Positions 39,301 to 52,300 of a stretch of 64,000 nucleotides of DNA are shown in pieces. Source of the DNA: Lama glama (taxonomy: Eukaryota); assembly GCA_028534125.1 (NCBI GenBank), contig CM052817.1:43402001-43466000 (forward strand), in the 5' to 3' direction. The notes under the pieces were generated by a model that worked only from the letters and a program-made list of their open reading frames with translations, was not told the origin of the DNA and did not search any database. Position numbers and translations under genes: made by a program. The number at the start of each line of letters is the position of its first letter. Position 1 is the first letter of the stretch.

Positions 39301-42300
39301 GACAGAGTCATATTTCAGGTCATCACTCACGCCTGGAATGTAACGAGCAAGGAAAACAAGAGCTGCAAGTAGCAGCCGGTCTCTCACCCTAAACTAAAAC
39401 AGGTAAGGACAACAAATTAGAAATATGTGCCCTACATAGGTGTTTACAGTCCATGCACGTGTGCACTACCTGTAAACCTGTACATGTGTGGCCACAGGTA
39501 CACTGACCAAAAAGGGCCAGCTGAATACATTGTTCAGGTTTGTTTGCTACCTTTTAATCTCAATACCATAGAATAACTAGAAATTCTCAAAATATTATGG
39601 GGTATTTTGAAAATCTAGATATCCCTAAAACAAAGTGGTAAGAAAAGAGAATTTCATGGACATAGGACAATGGAAAAGGGAAGTGTGTTCTAGCCAAGAA
39701 AACAGCCATTTTATTACAGAATTTATTGATACTTATTTCTTTACTAATAGAAATGGATACTAGGTAGGAAAAGTAAGGACCTGATTCTCTGAAGAGAGCA
39801 ATATTGAGGTTGAGATGTATTGGAGTATAACCAATTTTAATATTGGCTGTTTGGAATGTTCAATATTTATCAATTAAACAGTAAGAAATGAGAGGTTAAA
39901 TTTCATGGGAATCATTATAGAAGACACTTTTTAAAATTAAAGTATCTGTCAACAAAAGAAGATTACAGAATAATGGTTTTCATAATACCCATATTACCTC
40001 TGAATGCATCCAGAATCCAACTGCTTCTCCCCACCGACATTGCTACCACCCTGCTAGGAGCCACCATCTCTCTCCTGGGTTACCAGGTTACCATGATGGC
40101 CTCCCAACTTCTCTCTTGCCCCCACTTCGGTCTATTTCAGCACAGCAGCCAGCGAGATGCCTTTAAAAAGGACATTAGCGCTCTGCTCAACACCCTGCCG
40201 TAGCTCTCCATTTTACTCAGAATAAAGCTAAGTCCCCTAGTTATGGCCTGTGAAGCCTGACTTGATCTGCCCACCTTCCACACCCTCACCTGCTGGAAGT
40301 TACTAAGTACGTGAAAGTAGAACTGAAAATATTCACTTAGTCAACAAATATTTCCTAAGCAACTATTTTATATAATGCATTGTGCTAGATGCCGAGGAAG
40401 ATACCAAACTCAATTAAATAAAGATTTGCCCTTAAGGATCTTGTAAGTCAAATAGTAGGTGATTACTCGGAAAACTATGAATTGATGTGACTCTGTTAAC
40501 TTATTTGCTGAATTTTACACTATCTATGCTGTGACATACATGTCTTCAGATCTCTTTGCCCAAACTTGATACATACTCTAAATGTATACATCTCACATAT
40601 GTTTATATATATGATATATGTATACACACATATGCATATAATTCTGATGAGCACTAAAAACCAAACCCATTTAAAGGATCTTAGATTTGATGAATGACAC
40701 AATTACAGAAAGGCCACAGAACAAATTTTCATTTAGGCAGGTATCTGAATATATTGCTTTTCATTCTATGCAATGGGATTCCTGGGGAATCTCAGTTCTT
40801 TCTGAGGCCTTAACCACTACCTGCCGTTAATGATTCTCGATGGTGTTATCTCCCACTCTGAATACCTACTGATCTCCCACGTGCCCTTAATAGGCACACC
40901 CTTTATAAGCACATCCCAAATTGAACTCCTCGTGTCCCCTACACAACTCCCTCAAAGTCATATGTTCCTGATCTCAATGAACGGCATCTCTGTATACTCA
41001 GAAACTGGGGTGTGTCACCCTCTTCCACATCTAACTGAGCACTGTATCTCTAAATATCTTAATCTCTTCCCAGCTTTTTATTTTTACCATCTTTACTTTT
41101 AAGTGTATAGCACAGTAGTGTTAACTATAGCACATTGTTGTACAACAGATTTCTAGCGGTTTTTCCTCTTGCAAAACAGAAACCCCTTATCTACTGAACA
41201 ACAACTCCCCTTTTCCCTCTCCCCACCTGCACACCCACCCACTGCATGCAGGGGCGACCACCATTCCACTTTCTGTTTCTGAGAGTCTGACTACTTTAGA
41301 TAGCTCATGTAAGCGGAATCACGCAGTATGTCTTTTTGTGGCTGGTTTATTTCATTTAGGATAATGTCCTTAAGGGTCACTCTTATTGTAGCATGTGACA
41401 GGATTTTCTTCTTTTTTTAAGGTTGGATAATATTCCATTGTTCTATATGCCACATTTTCTTAGTCCATTTATTTGTCAGAGGACATTTAGGTTGCCTCCA
41501 TCTCTTGGCTATTGTGAATAATGCTGCAATGAACATGGGTGTGCTAGTACCTCTTCAAGATCTCATCAAATCTTCATCCTTGTTGCCATTGCATGGTGTT
41601 CATGCCACCAACCTTTCTTGTTCTAGGTGACTGCCATAGCCTATTTCTTGGCCTCCTTGCTCCCTATCTGGCCCCCATCCAGGGTGTTCTCTACCCTGTA
41701 GCCAGAATGGCCTTCTTAAAATTGAAAATCTGATCATGCCAGCTCTCTGCTATATCCTACTTGCCCCAACAGTCTTTCAGGACAAAATGGAAACCCCTTC
41801 ATCTTATCTTCAGGTCCTCCATGATTGACTCATACTTCTTATATCTTCTTCACCCAAAGGTTTATGCTCCAGCCAGATGAACTCTCTACCACTCCTCAGG
41901 TATGTCATGTTCTCCTGTGTCTGCATCTTTTTCCCAACTGCTGCTCCTCTGCCTGGAAGGAATTTCTCCTTATTTCTAGTCTAAATAAGAGATTCCACAA
42001 GTGTGGTGAGCACAGCAGTAGAAACAGTATCACTTGGGAACCTGTTACAAGCTCAAATTCTCAGCCTCTGTACCAGACCTACTATATTTGAAAACCCTGG
42101 AGTGGGAAATAAAAACTGTATATAAGTTCAGGAATGAAAGAACAGTCTAATCACATTTTGCAGTAAACTAACCTTTGTGACACCCTAGATTATACAGGAC
42201 AGACCTAATTTACAAACATGCAACCTGATACCCTAAAGGTTAAGTGACTTGCAAAGTTTCTGGAGGTTCACAGTGCAGAACAGGAGTGACACCATCTTCA

Positions 42301-45300
42301 TGGCTCCTGGCCCATTTTTTTCCTTCTAAACTCAAAATAACACTGCATTAGCATTTGGCAAGAAATGTGTGTGCACATTTTTCTTTACGCTTTAGAGAAA
42401 ATTCTGATCCAAGTTCCTCCAGTCAGAATGATGAATTATAGACTTTACGGTGATGCTGAATTATGATTTCTTTAAATTACGGTTTACAGTGGAAATGCCA
42501 ATACCAGCTATTCATTAAAAACTTTCTGTTTCCCCTTTTATGTCTCCGTCATGCCCCAGACCCATAATTTCTAAAACTATACCTGCTGTCTTTATTGAAG
42601 CTCAGGGCTGATACAATATTTGGAGCATAATTATGTGGGTGCTAACTAAAATGTGGATCCATGACGATTAATTTACAAGGACTTATGTGCCCGTGGCTCT
42701 GTCCAGAAGAGGGGTTCCGGCATTACATGCCTCAAAGATAGAGAGTTACAGCGGAGCTGCTGTCTGAACTAAGCTTCATGTACTAATTTAGCTGTCGACT
42801 TGCATCAAACCTTTCCATGTGCACACACTCTTTCCACACAGCAGACAAGACCTCCTGGGATCTGGCTCACAGACCTCCACACTCTCACCATTTCTCCTCA
42901 GCCTCCTTGATGTCTCCAGTTTTACTGAACTACTTGCAATTTTCCCAACAATCATATTGTCTCTCACCTCTGGGCCTTTGCATGTGTTGCTTTTATGTTG
43001 GTGGTGCCCTTTGCCATCACCCCTCTATTCCTTCCAACCTGCCCCCCAAACTTTTCCTTGGAGATTTGCTACTTATTCTTCTGTAGTCAGCACAGGCATC
43101 ACCTGCTCCAGGAAACTTTTATAATAGAAAGGAAATTTCTAACAGGACTTCTAAAACATAGAGTAAGTGTCTCCAGCTAGGCGGAGCTCTAACTGACTGG
43201 ACAAATACACCCACACGGTGTTCATTAAACAAACAGAAGCCTGAAATTCCTTCTGCGTACTCAAGGAGTGGTCCTGTGACTGTCTCGGATGCTGTAAAAA
43301 GCTCAGCAGCAATGGATGGGAAGTGGGGGTGGATTCCAGCTAACCTTCCTTTCACTCTGCGAATTTTAAGTTTCTTTTTCAAGTTAGTGAAAAGCGTGTT
43401 CACAGGGGAGGTATTGTTAACTCCAGAGTCTGCGTTCTGAGCCAGGCATCCTGTTATATCCCATCAGTATGCCTCTTCCGAGCGGTGGCCACAAGCCCTT
43501 CTACCCAACTCACCGTCATGTGGAGAGATGCTCCCCGGGAGCGCTTGGGCGCGCCTGGCGTCTGCGGTAAGATGGCGATGTTGAACGTGCGGCTCTCCAG
43601 GTGGGCATGGGCCTTTGTGCCACTGGATACCTGAAAAGACACAGCGCACTGGTCAGCCTCTGCTGGGCACAGCACGTCTGCCCGTGTTGATTTTTTCTCT
43701 TTTAAACCACCTGGCTTTGAATTCAGTTCGCTCCTGCATTACAATTTTCATTCTGTGCTTCGTATTTTAAGATTAATTTTTTATTGATTATAAAAAAAGA
43801 TACCTAATCATCTTCGACAATTCTGAAGTTGCAAGAAAGTCTAAATAAGGAATAAAAATCATCTAGAATTTCACTCCCTAGAAAAAGAAGTTTTTAATAT
43901 ATCGCTGCTTTTCAGTTTAGTCTTTTTTCTATGCAGATGTGAAACTTTATATGCAATTGTATATTCTAAATTTTTACTTAACATGATAGTATGATATTTG
44001 CTATATCAGTAAACATTCTTGAAAGCATAATTTTGATAGCTACATAATGTCTCATTCTGAGCAATTACAGCACATTTTACCTGTGATTTTTATTCCACTT
44101 CTTTCATCTTTACCCAGCACAAATATCCACACCCAGATTATAAAAGACAAATCTCAGTCTTATCATTGCAAGGCAAGATTCATAACATTTACAGTTAGGG
44201 TAGTGGTCACACAATCTTCTTTTTCCTGCTTTAAAAAGGCTGAAAAGTGATGCTCTTCCCACGCAGCTTCTCCCCACCCTCAGTGCTACTGAGCTTCGTG
44301 CGTAAACTCTCCTCTCGCTGTCTGCTCCTCCTTACGCTTGTTAGAATTGCTAAGGCCTGTGTGGCCACATGAAGTTGCATTAGGTTCATATGAGAGGGGA
44401 CAGGGTTCTGTAAATTCTGAGAAGAAGGTATGTCTTCTGAAGCTACACCCCACAGAAGAATGTCTTCTTTGCATCTTGATCACATCTGACGCCCGGAGCT
44501 CAAGTTTCAGACTATTGACATGTTTTCAAGGAGACATAGTGTCACAATAGATAATATTAATGACAACAGGTAACATTCACTGAACGTGGATCGTGGGCTC
44601 ACCACTGTGCTAGCTACTTTTCAGAAGTTTTCTTACTTAGTACCCACAAAGTAGATACTATCTCCTTTTTTTTTAGCAGATAAAAAACTGAAGGTCGAAA
44701 AGTTAAGATGTCAAGATCACAAAGCCAATAAGGGTCAGTATTTAAAACCAAATGATATTCTTACTGACCACAATGACTGAATTTGGAAGCTTCAGGAAGT
44801 TAGGAAAGGGGAAGTTACATTCCCCTAACTCTTGAAGAAAAGGAATAGAACTGCAGGTAGTGAGACGTGAGCATATTATCAAGCAAGAACTCAGTTCCAG
44901 CTTCCCTAGCAAAGGTCCTGGTGTAAAATACATTGGTCTTTTTTAAACCACATCCCCTGAGGCTACGTCAGTGTGATCTGAATATGCCCAAACCAGGGCT
45001 CCTTCCCCTGCCAAAAAATGTACGTGTTTTCTTCTCACTCTGCCATTTTCTTTTCTTTTTTTTTAAAAAAACCACTCGCATTACATAAATCCCAAGTTTT
45101 AGATGCAAAGTAACAGATGGGCTGCATTGATGGCTCATGACAGCAAATCAACATTAAAATGGAATTAAATCCATGCAACTCATTGTATTGCATTTTCTGC
45201 TTTAAAGGAAAAAAATAAGGGAAGAAAGAAAAGGGTCATTAGAACAGCATCTTTTTAAAAAAGTCAAAAATCCTTGAGGGACACTAAAATGAATGAGAAA

Positions 45301-48300
45301 AGTTGCTAACCATTTATTTTGGCACATAGCAGCAGTGTCTGTGTCACTTCACATCAAAGCATAAGGTAAGCCTATCAAACACACCAAAGAACAAACACAC
45401 CAAAACTTCCACATCCAAGAGAATATGATCTCAGAGAGCTGTTTCATACTTGCAGTAAAGATGCTGTCAGTGTTCAAAATGCATTTTTTGGAATGCCTTC
45501 AGAGGGAGTTCACAAATCATGTAAGAAAACTGAGCTTGTTACTTTATAATTACTCCCTGTTTTAACCAAAAATAATTATTACTTTTTTTTTTACCAGAAC
45601 CGATTCTGAAGGATTTTTGACTATTTGGTTATATTTTAATAATCCACTTCTAAAGGATGATATGCTGTCATTATTGAGGATATTCTACAGAATATCCCAT
45701 AGATTTTGAAGGAGATTTCAAGTAAGAGTTCAAACACATTTTGAGCAAAACATGGGAAGATTCTCCAAAGGAAACCACTTTCTAAGTAATAATGTTTAAC
45801 TGGATGTCTTAAACTCTAACTAATTTGTCTAAAAAAATCAGTAACATTTGCTATTTTATAAAAACCCACTTAGTAGCCAACTTGCAAAGGCAATAAAATA
45901 TCATTTTAGCAGGTGCTGAAAATCCCTTTTCAGGGAAACACTCCATATTGATAATATTCTTCATGCTGATGCCTATGAAGGCAAAGGCAGATCTGAGGAG
46001 TCTAGTTTGCTGAGGTGACTTCTTTTGACTGAGGTCTTTGACTCCATTCTGATTCATTATTTGACGACTGTCCAGTCCCCATGTGCTAAAATTGAAAAAT
46101 TAACTTGGGCAAAGGGCATGTAATGTTTGCTCACTCATTGGACCTTCAGTGTGCACAGTATATCTTCTTATTTTAATGGTTTCTAAGCTTCTTTCAACAG
46201 CTCTCTGGGAAAGTACATCTTTTACACAATATAAATTAGTCAGACAATGAAGATGTGCACACGAGGCATCAGAAGCAGAGTGGATGACAATTTTAACAAG
46301 GAGAGCCATTGTGGAGTTTATCCCAGATGGATTCCTGGACAAAAGAAACAGCTCAGACCTAGAGGGACAGTGATGCCGCTTCGGCTGATCACTATGAGAA
46401 CTTCTTTATATCTTCTCTGACACTTTCCCAAATTCTTTTCTATATCTACGCTTAAGTGCTCTTTCTCATTCACACTTTCTCACTCTTACGTATTTCTGTT
46501 CATTTCCAGATTGTCCTTGACAGAGGTTTGTCCAATTTTATTGGCCTTTTCAAAGACTTAGGTTTTGTTACTCATTTACCCATTCTAGCATCTTACAATT
46601 AATCAATTCCCCTGTTTCTCTCTATTAATTCCTTCCTTTTGCTTTCCTTAGGCTTCTCTTGTGGTTCTCCGGCTTCTTGAGTTAAATATTTAGTTCATTT
46701 ATTTTCATACTTTTCTGCTCAATAACAGCTTAAGGCCATCCATTTTCTTCTCAGTATGACTTTGTCCACGTCATTTACATTTTGATAAATTATTTCTTCC
46801 TCATCAATATTTCTTAATAGTTGGCCATCTTGATTTCCTTTTAGAACTAGTAATTATTCAGGAAGCTATTTTTAAAATTCCAAATGGTTCAATTTTTTTA
46901 CCCTTTTATTACTAATTTCTAATTATATTTCATAACAGCCAGAGAATGTTATCCAATATAATATCCTATTCTTTAATTTATCGACAGCCTCCTTATGGTC
47001 TGGCTGCCTCCATTGGCTCAGGCTACTATCAAGAATACCATAGACTTGCAGGGCTTATAAACAACAGAAATTTATTCCTCACAGCTCTGGAGGCTGGACA
47101 TCCGAGATCAGGGTGCCAGTATGGCCGGGTTCTGGTGAGGGTCCTCTTCTGGGTTGCTGACTGCCGACTTCTCATGGTATACGCACGCAGCAGAGGCGGG
47201 GAGCAAGCCCTCTTGCGACTTGTAAGTATACTAATTCCATTCATGAAGGGACGACTCTCATGACCTCATCTAATGCTAATCAAAGGCCGCATCTGCATAT
47301 ACCATCACACAGAGGGGTCGGATTTACACATGTAAATTTTGAGGGGGACACAAACATTCAGTCTGTAGTACTGGTATTTGACCAGTCCTCATAAATGGTA
47401 GTCACACACTCTCATACGCTGACAGGCAGTATTCTAACTCTTTAAATGTATTAACTCATTAAATCCTTACAATAATGCTATTGTACAGATGAGGAAACTG
47501 AAATATAAGGACTCTGTCCAAGTAATTTTCCCAAAGTTGTGTAATTAATACACAGTGGAAGTGAAATATAAAGCCACTGGGTTTGGCTGCCAAGTCCATG
47601 ACCTTGACATAAAATGGTAAATGTTCCAAAAACATTTGAAAAAAGAAAATAAGATCTTTTTTACTCCATGTGGCATTTTAATATTTTGAAAACATGTTTT
47701 CCAAACACATTAGCCATTATCTATTATAAACCTCTTTGCTATGGAACAACTCTGCTTGTACAGATCCTCCTAAGACTGAATTCACAGATTAAAAAAATCT
47801 CTGAATGCTATTAGTTACACTTTTCCTTCCCCCATACGTGATCTCTAGGCAATCATGGAAAATTACCAGGGTTATTTATAAATAAGGGTGATGGTTTTCA
47901 TCAGACCATCCAGACATCAGGAAATTCAGGAAGCAGAGGGTACCTGAAAGCGGAAGGAGTCACTCTGGGCTGGGACCCCTGAGTGCCTGTACCACACGAT
48001 GCCTTCATTGATGTCTTGCTGGGTGAAGGTGCTGGTGGGAGTTGCTGTCCTCCCATCAGGCAGGTGCTGCCCTTCGTCCGCGGGGCTGTCTGCAGGCATA
48101 TTGACCAGAAGGACCACCTCCCCTAGGAAAGCCACACAGTTAGTGAGGATCCCTGGGAAAAGTAAAAGTAAATCTGAGCCCTCATCTCCTTTTCTAGTAC
48201 TGTTTTTTAAACAGAAAAGATATGATGTACTTCTGTATTTTTATCTAAAGTGAAGGAGAGAACGTTAACACAGAATTTGATACATACCATTGAATTCACC

Positions 48301-49320
48301 TTTAGACATAGAATTCCCTGTCTTTCAGTTAAAAGAGCTAAAGTCATTCAAGGGCAATTCATGTATGAAGTTACTGACTTGTATCTATTAAAATTACATA
48401 AGGAGATCCAAATAGTCATGAATACTGCAAACAAATACTCAAATACGGGCATTGAATGGATTCATTTTCATCCACAACTTTCTATGAATAGAAAATGCTT
48501 ACCAACTAGGAAGATTTTGGTGTAAACACAATGGGAAATTAGATAAAATTCAGAAAAAAATGATTCTTGGGAGAATTATGTACAATGAAAATAATAATAG
48601 CTAGTACTGGAATGCATATGGCAGGCGCTGCATGAAGCACCTTACACGGTGGTTCAAACCCAGCTCCACTACTGCTGCGTGAGCTTACTTAAGTACTATA
48701 AATCTCTGCTCTTTATTGCTAAATTGAAAATAATAGTACATACTTCACAGGTACTTAAAAAGAATGTTGACCATGCATATTGTTATGTTATTTAATCCCT
48801 CTAAAAATGCTACTATCATTTCCATTTTAAAGACAAAGTTCTTCATGCTCAGAGAAAGTCAGTAACTTGTTTGAAGTCACACAAATCCTAAGGGGAGGAG
48901 CTGGGATTTGAATCTGAAGTTCATTCTCTTGGTCATGAAACTCTGTTACCCATCATGATTATTTTATGTTCACAGCCCAACATTTACACTGATAAATAAC
49001 AGATCATCTTTTCTTCTTCATTCTCTAAATTTCACTAGAACTGAAGCAAGGAAATCTAAATCTAAATCCCACCACCACCACCACCAATCTGTTTCTACTG
49101 CTTATTCTTCACCTGAAGCTACTATTTTCTTACAGTGAGACTGCAAATACAGAGTTGTTATAGGAACAATGAAAATTTCACAAGAAGAATACACCTTCAA
49201 GTGAAGACCAAAGAGAAGAATGAACTGCAGAAAACAGAAGCCCTGTTCTCAAGAAAAAGCATCTAACAAGAAATCTCAAAGAAACATCTCTACCGCTCAG
49301 ATAGTAAGAGGGAGAGGAGT

Positions 49321-49393
<73 letters not shown>

Positions 49394-52300
49394 CATATAT
49401 TTTTAAAACGTACTGTAGGACGCCCAGATCTTAGCCCCCTAGACATATTAGGCAACTGACAGTGCACTTTGATTACCCTAGAGAAACTGTTTTTCTTACT
49501 CAAAGGAACTACTCATTCTAATATTTATATGTACTAAATTCAAGTTAAAATAAGCATAATATCCTGAATAGTAATGAAATACTAAAGTAATAGAAAAACA
49601 TCAACATTCTTCTTAAAACGATCATGTACAGAATCAACTCACTCTAGTTTCTTTCTTGTATTATTTCTCATTTGTACCTAAGTCACAAATTCCATTACCC
49701 ATCTCTCCCTGCTTCAACTTCTGTTCATAAGACTCTGCTAATAAACATGCTTTTCCAGGATGTGGACTGTTTATGAATGTGAAAATAGTTGCAAAGTAGT
49801 CTGAAAGGAGAATTCTATAATGAAAATGTGGAGAGTAGACGGATAGAAAATATTCAAATGCCAATTTCCTAGCTATTCTTCTTTATCATAGGAAAGCTAA
49901 GCAGAATTTTCCTAACAAGTCCTAAAGAAATAAATGTATTTTCAGATTAAAAAAAAAAGTTGCCATACCATGCAAATTAATAGCAATCATAGGAGATTGG
50001 ATAATTCCATTAATTTCAACTCAGTAAACAATCAGTGAGCACCTGTTAGGTGCTAGCTACCGTGGCTGGCCCTTTGGGGTGGAGAAATCAAAGATAAGCA
50101 AGATGCAATTCCTTCCCCTGGAGATCAGCCCCCAGAAGCAACTGGGAGCCACTGTGAGATTTTCAGTAGGTTAGAGGCACGGACTGATTTAGAACACAGA
50201 GTGTATGTGAAAGTTCTGTTAAAGAGGCTGGACTTTATAAGAATGATAACAACAGTAGTTAACATTTATGTGGACAGTTTGGCCAATTATGAGGTTGCTG
50301 CAAAATCCATATGAGAGATGGGAACCTAGACTAAAGCAACAGAGGTAATATTGGAAACAAACAAACAGATACAAGAATCACGGAGGAAATGGAAGCAACA
50401 GAACTTGACAAATGTGGCTGTAAAGTATAAGAGGGGGGGAACCAGACAATCACCTATTGAGTAGGGTGATGGGTAGGGAAGTGATGCCACTAAGAGGGTA
50501 AGCTGGTTGAGGAGAAAAGGAAGAGTTCAGCACTGGGTATGCTGAATACAAGGTGCCTTTGTGACAAGCCCCATGGGTAGACTGGGAGAAATGCCAGTAT
50601 CCTGGGGGGTTCACTCCATCGAGATGGGAGCTTTTGCATAGTACCTCACCTCTGCTTTTACCATAGTACGACAAATACAAGGAGATGACCTTTTAAATAT
50701 ATGAAAATCCATGTTTAAAATACAGTGCAGGTTTATAAAACAGAAAATAATCTCTACTAGTGATTTCCTTTATACTGAAGTCAATATTTTAACCAAGACT
50801 CTTGAAGGGAAAATGTAATAGGTAGAAAGAATTAGAAACTCATTGGAATCTCCATGAATTATTTTGGGATTTACATAATTTGCTTTAAAGTTTTCCTACA
50901 GTATGCTAAATAACAGAGCTGGCAATGTGTTGGATGAAGTCAGATTCTCCCTCAAATGATGTTTCAAGTTACTTCATTAAAACCATCTCATTAAATTTAC
51001 TCCAAACCTGTGAAGTAGTTAAAGGTGCAAGTATTAATCAATTTATCTAAACTTGTATTTGAAAACAGTGATGAGTCTGCAAGTGGTGGAATTTAAGCTC
51101 TTTATGGAAATACTACACAAGCAATTTATGCTGGGTTTAGGTCCACCATCAGGTCTTCACAAAAGCCCAGAGTCCAATTGGAACATTCTAATGTGATGAG
51201 GGAATGCAAAGTAGCTGGGGTGGAAGGATGTAAGGGCTCCATAATCCGCATCACTGGGGTAGATGGATGTAAGTAGATTTGTATTAAGTGGGCTTCTAGT
51301 TCCCACCACCTTTTTCACTCTTGAATGGTTCCTAAGTGTAATGCGATTTGATTATTACCAGTAGGGAGCTCTGAACACACAGAAATAGGATTATGTTCAT
51401 AGGAAGAAGTTAATTAAGAGAGTTATATTAGGAAAGGCTTATATTAAATAGAATATTGGGATAATGGGCTGTGTTTAGGAAATTTAATTTTTTGGCCTTT
51501 AATGATCAAGATAAAAAATTTAATACATCAAATGAGTCAAAGATTTTTAGAACTGAAAAGGACTTAAAACATTGTCTAGCTTAAAATCAGTGGGTGAAAT
51601 ACGGCAAAGCTGAATAAGGTCTGTGAATAACTAATAACATGGTATCGATGCTAATTTCCTGGTTTTGATAATTATTTGATGGTTATGTAAGATATTAACA
51701 CTGGAAGAAGCTGGATAAAGGATGTTCAAGAGCTTTTCATACTATTTTTGCAATTTTTCAGTAAGTCTAAAATTGTTTTAAGATAAGTTTAAAAATGATC
51801 TAGCTTCATCTTTCGAGGAAACTTATGGCTCAAGGGAGGTCCACTTGCCTTCTTTAAGGTTACACAACTATCATAAATGACACCGAGCTAGACTGACTGT
51901 TTTATAATTCTATCAATGATTCATTAGATGATGCTTTTCAATGTCTTTGTGGGCCCTGGAATTATTCTTAAATAGTACAGAAATTAACTTTTTACTCTCC
52001 ACAGAAAATATATCTGATTTTAAAACTCTGATAACCCTGAGGAAAAACATTATTTCTCTAAAAATGTGCCAAGTCTTTACTTTCAATGAACGTAATTTTC
52101 ATTTTCAGGTGATCTATTTATTTCTTTTTAAAAATCTATCTGCTTGTCTTTTTTATTTTTATAGCATTTTGTTATTTCCATACATTTTCAACTCCTCCTT
52201 TTGTGTCTTTCAATCATTTTAAATATGGTTATTTTGTAGTTTTTGTAAGGTTGTTCCTTTATTTGAAATCCTTGGGGTTTTAATCTTCTTGTTTGTCCTG

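Noticed and set aside
49178..49503. ORFs with SLSLSL/HTHTHT repeats
   Set aside because: Translations of the (GT)n(GA)n microsatellite.
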